From a bacterium (GTDB lineage: Bacteria; DRYD01), in assembly GCA_039630415.1 (NCBI GenBank), contig JBCNVB010000018.1:106663-170662 (forward strand): DNA of 64,000 nucleotides, given 5' to 3'. Below the pieces are notes generated by a model, which worked only from the letters and a program-made list of their open reading frames with translations, had not been told where the DNA came from and ran no database searches. Shown here one piece after another: positions 40,183 to 48,753 of this stretch. Each line of letters starts with the position of its first letter. The stretch's first letter is position 1. A program made the position numbers and the translations under genes.

Positions 40183-40608
40183 GTGAAGATAGAAGCGTGG
40201 TTCTTGTTTTCCATAGCTAGCTTAGTTTTGTGGGGTATATCAGGCTTCCTAATGAAACTGGCAACCTTTAAACTAGACCCTAAAATAGCTTTTATATTTC
40301 AATCAATTGGATTAATTGTAGTAACTTGTGTAGTTTATTTTACAATAGTAAATATTGGGAGCAATTTTAAAAATGATGTATTGTTCATAATTTTTTCTGT
40401 TTTCGCTGGTGTAACAGGTGGTTTGGGTACATTTTTTTTACTTAAGGCCTACGAAAAGGGTAATTTAGCAACAGTAACAGTTTTAACAGCACTATACCCA
40501 GTTATTGCAGTAGCTCTGGGTATACTAATCCTAAAGGAAAAATTAACAATAACACAGATATTTGCAATCATACTTTCCTTAGTAGCGATAGTGCTTTTTT
40601 CGTTGTAA
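40183..40608 (+). CDS. Small EamA/DMT-superfamily membrane protein (single EamA domain)
   Basis: 141 aa with 4-5 TM helices. LWGISGFLMKLATFKLDPKIAF is EamA-like. GTG start. Confidence 0.5.
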   Translation: MKIEAWFLFSIASLVLWGISGFLMKLATFKLDPKIAFIFQSIGLIVVTCVVYFTIVNIGSNFKNDVLFIIFSVFAGVTGGLGTFFLLKAYEKGNLATVTVLTALYPVIAVALGILILKEKLTITQIFAIILSLVAIVLFSL

Positions 40609-40665
40609 TACTGTAAACAAAAAGAGGATGTTTATTTGAGAAATAGAATAATATAACTGAAGAAG

Positions 40666-40740
40666 GCCCTGTCGTCTAGTGGACTAGGACACCGGCCCTT
40701 CAAGCCGGAGACACGGGTTCGAATCCCGTCAGGGTCACCA
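40666..40740 (+). tRNA. tRNA-Glu (anticodon UUC), CCA encoded
   Basis: Hand-folded. Acceptor GGCCCTG/CAGGGTC, anticodon arm CCGGC-CCTTCAA-GCCGG, T arm ACGGG-TTCGAAT-CCCGT, then ACCA. Confidence 0.93.
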
Positions 40741-40762
40741 ACCCCATACACCCCAAACCCAC

Positions 40763-41581
40763 ATGCAATGGACCCTATCACAAGATAAATATAACCAATT
40801 CTTGAAAATCAATCTCAAACCCAATGATACACTCTATATCAAACCTAATCATCTAGTAATGTATCAAGGTAATATATCTATCGAGAATCAAAACTTTAAA
40901 AGCAAATTTCTTAATTTCATAAAAGGAATAAAAAATAGAGATCAAAGAAATCTAATAGAAAGTGTAATTAACTTCTTCATAACTAAAATAACAGCCAACG
41001 AAGATACGCAAATTGTTCTTTCAAATACTATTCCAGGAGACATAACCCCAATAGAAATTAACCAAGATGAAGAGTACATAATAATAGCTGATTATTATGT
41101 TGCTCATTATGGAGATATCTGCCTCTCTTTGGAAACAGAATACATAAAAAAATACCTTTTCTCAAATATCCTTCCAAAACCTAGTTTCTCTACTCTTCGC
41201 TCCATCCTATCCCTTAGATCTATCCTTAGAACGATATTAAAAATAAAAAAAATACCTTTACTACTATTAGAATACCTCCTATCAGAAAAAAATTTTTACT
41301 CCTACTTAAAACATCTACTATGCTTATCAGTAAAAGGTAATGGAATTATTTTTCTAGGAGGATTCGGAACAGTTAAAGAGCTTCAGGTAGATCAAGAAAC
41401 AATGGTAAATTATTTTCATCTAATAGCTATGAAGAAAAATATACCAACATCACAACAAGAAATAGTAAATTTCAACGAAAACCTTTTTCTTAAAATTAAT
41501 AGTAACTCTAAAATCTATATACAATCCAAAAATTGGAATTTATTTAGCAATATAGGTATTGAAAAACAAACAATAAAATGA
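40763..41581 (+). CDS. Hypothetical protein, possibly AIM24/DUF124-family with an internal hydrophobic insert
   Basis: The pattern FLKINLKPNDTLYIKPNHLVMYQGNISIE ... IVLSNTIPGDITPIEI ... LSVKGNGIIFLGGFGTVKELQVDQETMVNYFHLIAM resembles the AIM24 beta-helix family, from memory. The insert is SFSTLRSILSLRSILRTILKIKKIPLLLLEYLL. Confidence 0.4.
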   Translation: MQWTLSQDKYNQFLKINLKPNDTLYIKPNHLVMYQGNISIENQNFKSKFLNFIKGIKNRDQRNLIESVINFFITKITANEDTQIVLSNTIPGDITPIEINQDEEYIIIADYYVAHYGDICLSLETEYIKKYLFSNILPKPSFSTLRSILSLRSILRTILKIKKIPLLLLEYLLSEKNFYSYLKHLLCLSVKGNGIIFLGGFGTVKELQVDQETMVNYFHLIAMKKNIPTSQQEIVNFNENLFLKINSNSKIYIQSKNWNLFSNIGIEKQTIK

Positions 41582-41598
41582 TGTAAAAGGTGATGAAG

Positions 41599-43026
41599 AT
41601 GAGAAAAATTACACTGATAAAAGGGGACGGTATAGGTAAAGAAATAAGTGAATCGGTAATTAGAATATTTCAAGCAGCAGAAGTTCCCATAGAATGGGAA
41701 GAGATGGAAGCTGGACTAGAATGCTATGAAAAAATAGGTACCCCACTACCTCAAAAAACCCTAGACTCAATAATAAAAAACAAAGTAGCCCTAAAAGGTC
41801 CCACTACCACACCCATAGGTACGGGACACAAAAGCGTAAACGTAACCATTAGAAAATCACTTGAACTCTTTGCTAATGTTAGACCAGCACGAACTCTACC
41901 AGGAATAAATACACGCTTTGGAAATATAGACATTGTCGTAATAAGAGAAAACATAGAAGATACCTACGGAGCTATAGAACATATGGAAACCCCAGACGTA
42001 GCACAAACTCTTAGAATAATAACTAGACAAGGATCATATATGATCCACTCTTTCTCTTTCGAATATGCCTTAAAAAATAACAGAAGAAAATTAACCTGTG
42101 TTCATAAAGCTAATATCCAAAAAATGTCAGACGGACTATTTTTGGAAGTATTTAAACAATTATCAACCCAATATCCTCAAATACAAGCAGAGGACATTAT
42201 AGTTGACAACCTATGTATGCAATTAGTAACCAATCCCGAAAGATTTGACGTTTTAGTTTTGCCCAATATATTTGGTGATATAGTAAGTGATTTATGTGCT
42301 GGTTTGGTTGGTGGTCTAGGATTAGCACCAAGTGGAAATATTGGTAGAAATATAGCAGTTTTTGAAGCAGTTCATGGTTCAGCCCCAGATATAGCAGGTA
42401 AAAATCTAGCAAATCCAACCGCCTTTATACTCTCCTCAACCATGCTACTAAAACACATAGGTCTTAGATCCTACGCACACAAAATAGAACTAGCACTAAA
42501 CAATACTTTTAAGCAAGGAATAATGACCAAAGACCTTGGTGGTAACTACTCAACAACAGAATTCACTAATTCCATCATAAACGAACTTAAAAAAATACAA
42601 CAAGACAAAACTCAAATATTCCTATCTGATCAAGAACTATCCGAAAACCAAGAAATAGAAATCAACTCCCCTCCACCACCAACACCATCCATTAACTGGC
42701 AAATAATCGGAATAGACCTATTCATAGAATGGAACCACATACACCACAATGGAAACCAATCTTTACCTAATGTACCTAAAAATTATAAAAACCTAGAGCT
42801 CAAGATGATCTCAAACAGAGGTACAAAAATATACCCCCCACCTACACCAGATATTATCATGGTAAATTGGTTTAGATGCAGATACTTATCTGATACACCC
42901 CTAGAATATAAAGATATACTTGAATTCTTAGAAGAAATTTCAAAACAGGGAATAAAGTGGATGCACATTGAGATCCTAAGAAAAGAAGGAAGTAAAGAAT
43001 TGTTTTCTAAAGCACAAGGAGAGTAA
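41599..43026 (+). CDS. icd: Isocitrate dehydrogenase (NAD(P)-dependent, IDH3/IPMDH-like fold) with a ~140-aa C-terminal extension
   Basis: ITLIKGDGIGKEISESVIRIFQAAEVPIEWEE, NVRP, IVVIRENIEDTYG, NIFGDIVSDLCAGLVGGLGLAPS and HGSAPDIAGKNLANP. I chose the ATG at 41599 for its spacing from the AAAGG RBS; the track ORF begins at GTG 41590. Confidence 0.85.
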   Translation: MRKITLIKGDGIGKEISESVIRIFQAAEVPIEWEEMEAGLECYEKIGTPLPQKTLDSIIKNKVALKGPTTTPIGTGHKSVNVTIRKSLELFANVRPARTLPGINTRFGNIDIVVIRENIEDTYGAIEHMETPDVAQTLRIITRQGSYMIHSFSFEYALKNNRRKLTCVHKANIQKMSDGLFLEVFKQLSTQYPQIQAEDIIVDNLCMQLVTNPERFDVLVLPNIFGDIVSDLCAGLVGGLGLAPSGNIGRNIAVFEAVHGSAPDIAGKNLANPTAFILSSTMLLKHIGLRSYAHKIELALNNTFKQGIMTKDLGGNYSTTEFTNSIINELKKIQQDKTQIFLSDQELSENQEIEINSPPPPTPSINWQIIGIDLFIEWNHIHHNGNQSLPNVPKNYKNLELKMISNRGTKIYPPPTPDIIMVNWFRCRYLSDTPLEYKDILEFLEEISKQGIKWMHIEILRKEGSKELFSKAQGE

Positions 43027-43033
43027 TTAACAC

Positions 43034-44986
43034 CTAATTACTGAAAAACACCTTTTTCCAAACAGAGAGATTGATTATCTTCCAAATTTTATTTGTATCA
43101 ACTTCAGATTTATAACAAACTGCCAGAAATCTATCAACATTGATATAGTTCCTAATAAACTCATAATCAATAAGATTAGTAAAAAAGGATAAATTATTTG
43201 ATATCCATTGATTTTGAGGAGTTTGGAAACCAATTTTGTCAATTCTATTAATAGTTTGAAAAGGTAGTATATCCTTCAAAGCTACTCGTAGAATGTATTT
43301 ACTTAAACCGTTATGAATTTTATAAGCTGTTGGCAAACTAAACATGAAGTTTATAAGTTTTACGGAATCAGAAAAAGGAGCACGAGCTTCAATCGAAAAT
43401 CTCATAGAATTTCTATCTTCATACCTCAATAAGTTAACCAAACCTAAAGTTAGTTGCTTGTATAAATGCTCGTTTAAAAGCTCCACTGGATACTTCCAAA
43501 AATCTTTCAATTTATCCCTAATTGCTAGCATAGCTTCATCAGTAAAAGTATACTCTGTACCAAGATAATTACTTAAGTTTTTAAATTGACTATGCTTAGT
43601 GTTAAAAGAAAAAATGTGTTTTAGACTTTTTCTCAAAATTCTCCATAGATGTCTGTAACTAAAAGGCACCTTTTTGAAATTTAACAATAGATTGAAAATT
43701 TTAAAAAAATCATAGTTTCTAACGATTTCTTTTAAGAAAGACTCATAAAATCCATGATAACCTGTGAATATTTCGTCTCCTCCTTGCCCATCCAGCATTA
43801 CTTTGATACCGTTAATACTAGCTAACTGCATTACCTTGTACTGAGCATAAATAGATGTTGAACCAAAAGGTATATCTTGGTAATAAACCAACTCTTCTAA
43901 ATCTTTTATTAGTTCCTCAAAACTAGGAGTTGTTTTGTAAGATTCAACATTAGTTTTACTAACTATAATATTTATCCATTTGCTTTCATCTATTGAATAG
44001 TTAGGGAAAACTGCACTAAATACTTTCTGTCTTTGACCTATGCAAGATATACTCTCTCCTTTTAATATCTCATTTATTACACATACAATCGTGCTGCTAT
44101 CCAATCCACCACTTAAACAAGAACCCACTGGAACATCAGATATCAATCTTGACCTGATAACTTCAAAAATCAACTCTTTTAATTTCTTAGAGTAACTAGC
44201 TAGTTTTGATTTATCAAATTTTTCATAGTTAGAGTTATACTGTACGTCAAAATATCGCCAAATTTTCAAATGATTTGTATTCAAGTCAAGAATAAAATTA
44301 TGTGAAGGTAAAAGCTGAAATATTCCCCTGAAGAAAGATTCAGGAACTTGTTCTTCAATATCCATCAACAAATAATCCAATACTAATTCGTGATTAATTT
44401 GCTTTGAATATAGATTACTCTTTACAATAGCTTTGATTTCAGAAGCAAAAATAAAATAATCTTTGTTGTGGAAAAAATAAAGTGGCTTAACTCCGGTTCT
44501 ATCTCTAGAACCAAACAAAATTTTTTTATCTATGTCAAGTATGACAAATGCCCACATCCCATCCAGAAAGTTAACGCAATCACACCCCCACTCCTTATAA
44601 GAATTAACTATTACCTCAGTGTCAGTGTTACTTTTAAAAATGTAACCCTTACTTTGTAATTTACTTTTTAGTTCAAGATAGTTGTATATTTCTCCATTGA
44701 ACACGATCCAGATTTTTTGATCAACATCTGACATAGGTTGATGTCCGCATATAGATAAGTCTATTATTGATAATCTTCTATGTCCGAAAAACAAGTTGGC
44801 TTGCTTTTGGTATACTCTCTCTGCTTGAATTTTACTATCCCGACCCGCTAGAGGTATTACTTTAGCAAAATCGAAAAGAATATACCCTTCATCATCAGGT
44901 CCCCTATGAGAAAGCAAATAGCACATTTGAACTATATGTTCAGAATCTACGGGTTTAACACTGTAAATACCACAAATCCCACACAT
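43034..44986 (-). CDS. asnB: Asparagine synthase (glutamine-hydrolysing) family amidotransferase
   Basis: N-terminal nucleophile MCGICGIY, HRGPDD, and the PP-loop SCLSGGLDSS. 650 aa. Confidence 0.88.
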   Translation of the reverse strand: MCGICGIYSVKPVDSEHIVQMCYLLSHRGPDDEGYILFDFAKVIPLAGRDSKIQAERVYQKQANLFFGHRRLSIIDLSICGHQPMSDVDQKIWIVFNGEIYNYLELKSKLQSKGYIFKSNTDTEVIVNSYKEWGCDCVNFLDGMWAFVILDIDKKILFGSRDRTGVKPLYFFHNKDYFIFASEIKAIVKSNLYSKQINHELVLDYLLMDIEEQVPESFFRGIFQLLPSHNFILDLNTNHLKIWRYFDVQYNSNYEKFDKSKLASYSKKLKELIFEVIRSRLISDVPVGSCLSGGLDSSTIVCVINEILKGESISCIGQRQKVFSAVFPNYSIDESKWINIIVSKTNVESYKTTPSFEELIKDLEELVYYQDIPFGSTSIYAQYKVMQLASINGIKVMLDGQGGDEIFTGYHGFYESFLKEIVRNYDFFKIFNLLLNFKKVPFSYRHLWRILRKSLKHIFSFNTKHSQFKNLSNYLGTEYTFTDEAMLAIRDKLKDFWKYPVELLNEHLYKQLTLGLVNLLRYEDRNSMRFSIEARAPFSDSVKLINFMFSLPTAYKIHNGLSKYILRVALKDILPFQTINRIDKIGFQTPQNQWISNNLSFFTNLIDYEFIRNYINVDRFLAVCYKSEVDTNKIWKIINLSVWKKVFFSN

Positions 44987-45001
44987 TAAATTTAGATTCT
45001 G

Positions 45002-45796
45002 CTAGATTCTTAGAATTTGATTAAGAGCAGTTTTTATATCGGTTGATTTTTTTCTTTTTCCGATAATAAGAGCGGCTGATATACCGTATTGCCTATCATC
45101 AACCTGTTTGAGATAATTACCTGGTATAACGATAGAGTTTTCGGGTATTTCAGATTGGTAGATTTGTCCAGTGTTTATATCTATAATTTTGGTTCCAGAG
45201 GTGATAGATACATTTGCTGCTAGTACAGCTCCCCTTCTTATTATTGTTCCTTCCACAATAACACACCTTGACCCTATGAAGCAGTCATCTTCAATTATAA
45301 CTGGCATAGCAGAAGGTGGTTCTAGAACTCCACCTATACCAACCCCACCAGCCAAGTGTACATTTCTACCTATTTGAGCACAAGATCCCACAGTAACCCA
45401 TGTATCTACCATCGTTCCACTACCTATGTATGCACCAATATTTATAAAAGAAGGCATTATAACACATCCTTCTTCAATAAAACTACCATACCTTATAATA
45501 GCACCAGGAACAACTCTATATTTATAATTCAACTTCTTGAGCCTTATTTTATCAAAATACTCAAACTTACCAGACTTGATTTTCTTTGAATCAGAAATAA
45601 CAAAATATAGCAATATGGCTTTTTTAACATATTCATTTACTATCCATTCATCGTCTTTTTTTTGTGCAACTCTTATCTTACCTTCGTCAAGAAGTTTTAT
45701 AGCTTTTTGTATATGTTTCTTGAATTTATGCTTTATTTCCAAAGGATCTTTGTTTTTAGAAAAAATTTCCCAAGCTAATTCTATTGAATCTTGCAT
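45002..45796 (-). CDS. dapD: 2,3,4,5-tetrahydropyridine-2,6-dicarboxylate N-succinyltransferase
   Basis: Aligns by eye along its whole length with E. coli DapD: MPSFINIGAYIGSGTMVDTWVTVGSCAQIGRNVHLAGGVGIGGVLEP...IIEDDCFIG. Confidence 0.9.
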   Translation of the reverse strand: MQDSIELAWEIFSKNKDPLEIKHKFKKHIQKAIKLLDEGKIRVAQKKDDEWIVNEYVKKAILLYFVISDSKKIKSGKFEYFDKIRLKKLNYKYRVVPGAIIRYGSFIEEGCVIMPSFINIGAYIGSGTMVDTWVTVGSCAQIGRNVHLAGGVGIGGVLEPPSAMPVIIEDDCFIGSRCVIVEGTIIRRGAVLAANVSITSGTKIIDINTGQIYQSEIPENSIVIPGNYLKQVDDRQYGISAALIIGKRKKSTDIKTALNQILRI

Positions 45797-45809
45797 AACT
45801 ATCCCCCAA

Positions 45810-46277
45810 TTAGATTTCTTTAGTTTTTTTCATTAGCAAAGCATCTACTTTACCATAATAATTTTTTCTTTTTCCTATAACACTAAATCCAAATTTTTTA
45901 TAAAGATTTATAGCTACAATATTCATTTCTGAAACTTCGAGATATATTTCTCTTACTCCTTTGAAAAAGAGAACTCCCAGATTAAATGATAATATTTTTT
46001 TTCCAATTCCTTTGAATCTGTAGTCTTTATCCACTATTATTTTGAGAATATCAGCATGATCATAACTTATGGAAGATAGACAAAATGCTATGATTCTGAA
46101 AGTTTTAGCAAGAGTTAATACAACATTAGGTCTACAAATGAGAGCTATATAATCTTCTCTACTCCAGCAAAAATACAATTCGTTATATCCTTCTTGAGTG
46201 AATTGACTATCTATGTAAAGTATGTCTTCGATATCTTGTGAACAAATGGTATACGAGTTGGCATTGTATACAAACAT
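45810..46277 (-). CDS. GNAT-family N-acetyltransferase (RimI-like)
   Basis: Acetyl-CoA motif IVDKDYRFKGIGKKIL, and YLEVSEMNIVAINLYKKFGF. Confidence 0.7.
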   Translation of the reverse strand: MFVYNANSYTICSQDIEDILYIDSQFTQEGYNELYFCWSREDYIALICRPNVVLTLAKTFRIIAFCLSSISYDHADILKIIVDKDYRFKGIGKKILSFNLGVLFFKGVREIYLEVSEMNIVAINLYKKFGFSVIGKRKNYYGKVDALLMKKTKEI

Positions 46278-46284
46278 GTTGACA

Positions 46285-46725
46285 TCAAAGTATGTATTTA
46301 AGTGCCTTGGATAGTAATTCTTTTTCTTCTGGGTAAGACAACATGTTATATGCTTCTTCGACAGTAACCCATTTCATTTCTTGAATTTCCTGATTTGGTA
46401 TAAACTTCTCATTTTTGGAGATTTTTAGAAGATAAAAATGTACTTCTTTATCATAAAAAACCTTTTCGTGGGAAGAGTAGTATGAATAATTGACAACACC
46501 GATTTTTCTTATGACTTTAGAAATTATACCTGTTTCTTCCCTAACTTCTCTGATAACTGCGTGTTCCATCGATTCATTTTGCTCAATTCTACCTCTAGGA
46601 AATATCCAAATATCTCTACCTTTACGCTTAACAATACATACCATTGTTTGGTTTCCGTTTTTCCAAAAAATAATTCCCCCTGCTGAGATAATTTTTTTAG
46701 ATTTTCTATTTTTGTCAGAATCCAT
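46285..46725 (-). CDS. NUDIX hydrolase
   Basis: Nudix box PRGRIEQNESMEHAVIREVREETGI. Confidence 0.85.
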   Translation of the reverse strand: MDSDKNRKSKKIISAGGIIFWKNGNQTMVCIVKRKGRDIWIFPRGRIEQNESMEHAVIREVREETGIISKVIRKIGVVNYSYYSSHEKVFYDKEVHFYLLKISKNEKFIPNQEIQEMKWVTVEEAYNMLSYPEEKELLSKALKYIL

Positions 46726-46797
46726 CCTTAATATATTAGTTTTCTATCAAGGGCTAAAAAACCTTTAATATCTATGGAGGTTTGGTTATTGTTTTTG

Positions 46798-46803
46798 TAT
46801 AAT
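46798..46803 (+). promoter_or_regulatory. Candidate -10 box (TATAAT) for ssrA
   Basis: A perfect TATAAT lies 14 nt upstream of the mature tmRNA 5' end, which would imply a short RNase P-removed leader. I found no convincing -35. Confidence 0.3.
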
Positions 46804-46816
46804 AAATTAATGGGAC

Positions 46817-47159
46817 GGGGGTGAAGAAAGGGTTCGACGGTGGAAGTAAGGTTAAGCTCCTGCAGGCCGTTGCTTGCGTTTCGTTAAACGCAAGAGTAAA
46901 AAAAACGCCGAAGAACTCGCACTCGCCGCATAGTAAAATGCGGGCTTGTTCGTGCCGACACCCTCTAAGCACGAATGGGTAAGAAGCAGAGGGTGTAGGT
47001 CTAAGTTGCTCCTCCCAACTTAGACCGAAATAAACCGGAGGATAGGTTATCCAAAGGTTTGTCGGTTTACCAGGATAACCAAAACCAAAAACCGACTAAG
47101 CCTGTAGTAGGACTTGGTCTGCTCCACCGGACGTGGGTTCAACTCCCACCACCTCCACC
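46817..47159 (+). ncRNA. ssrA: tmRNA (SsrA), one-piece
   Basis: The 5' GGGGGTG pairs with the 3' CACCTCC, including the G3:U wobble (the AlaRS identity element). GGTTCGACGG lies near the 5' end and the T-arm GTGGGTTCAACTCCCAC near the 3' end. The tag ORF ends ...GCC GAA GAA CTC GCA CTC GCC GCA TAG TAA (AEELALAA, 46907-46936), after a 9-bp helix CTTGCGTTT/AAACGCAAG. The 3' end encodes ACC, not the full ACCA. Confidence 0.9.
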
Positions 47160-48256
47160 TAAAAACTAAAACCCTCCAAAACCTCATATATCCTCCTAGA
47201 AACATCTAAATAACCAAAATATTTCTTCACTAATCCACCAGAAATACCTATACCCGAAGTATAGCTATTCTCAAATGCTTTTGACAGTTTTTCTTCAAAA
47301 TCATAATCAAACGGAGAAACAAGAATATTAGCTTTACATTCAATAGTCTCAATCCATTCAGTTTCTGTTCTTAAAGTTATACATGGAACACCAAAGTAAA
47401 AAGCTTCTTTTTGCACACCACCAGAATCAGTAACTATAACCTTTGCATGTTTCTCCATAATTAACATCGTAAAATAAGATATAGGTTCCATAACTTTTAC
47501 GACATTAAAGTTAATACCCATCTTATCTAAATTTTTTCTAGTGCGAGGATGTACTGGAAATATTACATCTATGCAAAACGTCCTTTCAATAGTTTCAATT
47601 ATTCTCCTAAGAATACTAATATCATCAACATTTTCTGCTCTATGTAGAGTCATTAGGACATATTCTTTGTTCAGATACTTGCCCAACCCTTGATCTATAT
47701 GGATTAATTTTTCATACTTACTTTCAAAAATTTTAATCATTTCAATCATCAAGTCGCCAACCCAAAATACATCTTGATTTATACCTTCCTTCCTTAAGTT
47801 TCTGATTGAGTTTTTAGTAGGACATAGCAAAATATCGGATAGATGATCAGTAACAACTCTATTTATTTCTTCTTGCATTTTCTTGTTATAGCTTCTCAAT
47901 CCTGCTTCTACATGTGCAAGAGTAAGATTCATTTTAGAAGCTGCAATAGCAGCGGAAATAGTTGAGTTAGTATCTCCATAAACCACAACTATATCCGGCT
48001 TTTCAATTTCAAAAACTTTCTCTATTTTTCTGATTATTTCAGCTACTTGATAGTTGTTAGTTCCCGATCCAACTCCAAGATGGTAAGCAGGTTCAGGTAA
48101 TCCTAACTCCTTAAAGAAAATTTCACTCATGTTAAAATCATAGTGTTGCCCCGTATGAACTACCTTGTGATTAAAGTTATTGGATTTATTAATAAACAGA
48201 GGAGCTATTTTTATAAACTGTGGTCTTGCTCCAACTACACTTAATAACTTCTTCAT
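47159..48256 (-). CDS. wecB: UDP-N-acetylglucosamine 2-epimerase (non-hydrolysing)
   Basis: LSVVGARPQFIKIAPL, HTGQHYD, YGDTNSTISAAIAASK, HVEAGLRSYN and VTDSGGVQKEA. Confidence 0.9.
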   Translation of the reverse strand: MKKLLSVVGARPQFIKIAPLFINKSNNFNHKVVHTGQHYDFNMSEIFFKELGLPEPAYHLGVGSGTNNYQVAEIIRKIEKVFEIEKPDIVVVYGDTNSTISAAIAASKMNLTLAHVEAGLRSYNKKMQEEINRVVTDHLSDILLCPTKNSIRNLRKEGINQDVFWVGDLMIEMIKIFESKYEKLIHIDQGLGKYLNKEYVLMTLHRAENVDDISILRRIIETIERTFCIDVIFPVHPRTRKNLDKMGINFNVVKVMEPISYFTMLIMEKHAKVIVTDSGGVQKEAFYFGVPCITLRTETEWIETIECKANILVSPFDYDFEEKLSKAFENSYTSGIGISGGLVKKYFGYLDVSRRIYEVLEGFSF

Positions 48257-48741
48257 TGAGCATTAGTTGAACTTTCAAAAACAAAATCGACAACTCCAGC
48301 TAAACTAATTATATCCCCAACTTTAATCTCATACTCTTTATTGGGTTGTAACTTTTGACTATTTAAAAAAGTATTGTTAGTTGAGTCTAGATCTATTACA
48401 TACCATTTGCCTTCCTTGAATATAAACTGACAATGAAATCTTGATACTAATTTATTGTCCTGAATTTTTGATATTATTTCACTTGCCACTGACTTTCTAC
48501 CTACTATATCTCCACTCTTCAGTTTTACTGTTTCCTGGGAATTCTGAAGTTTTAAAATTAAAATATTATCCCTCTTAGTAGTTTTTCTTTCTTGTTCTTG
48601 AGTTTGTTCTTGAGTTTCTGATTGCTGAACAGTAGATAAATCAACTATTTTAACAGACGCTATATCAGACATACAACTTACACAGAGAATTTCATTAGGT
48701 TTATTGTGATACCCACAAGCAGGACAAACTTTTACTAACAT
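48253..48741 (-). CDS. Zinc-ribbon + FHA-domain protein
   Basis: N-terminal CPACGYHNKPNEILCVSC, a Q/E/T linker, then FHA: GDIVGRKS...VSRFHCQFIFKEGKWYVIDLDSTNNTFLNSQKL...GDIISL. Confidence 0.8.
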   Translation of the reverse strand: MLVKVCPACGYHNKPNEILCVSCMSDIASVKIVDLSTVQQSETQEQTQEQERKTTKRDNILILKLQNSQETVKLKSGDIVGRKSVASEIISKIQDNKLVSRFHCQFIFKEGKWYVIDLDSTNNTFLNSQKLQPNKEYEIKVGDIISLAGVVDFVFESSTNAQ

Positions 48742-48753
48742 TACTAGATCAAA

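Noticed and set aside
46772-46972. 66-aa minus-strand ORF
   Set aside because: It lies entirely antisense within or over the tmRNA gene. Its GC-rich, Cys/Arg-rich translation is typical of a structured-RNA artefact.
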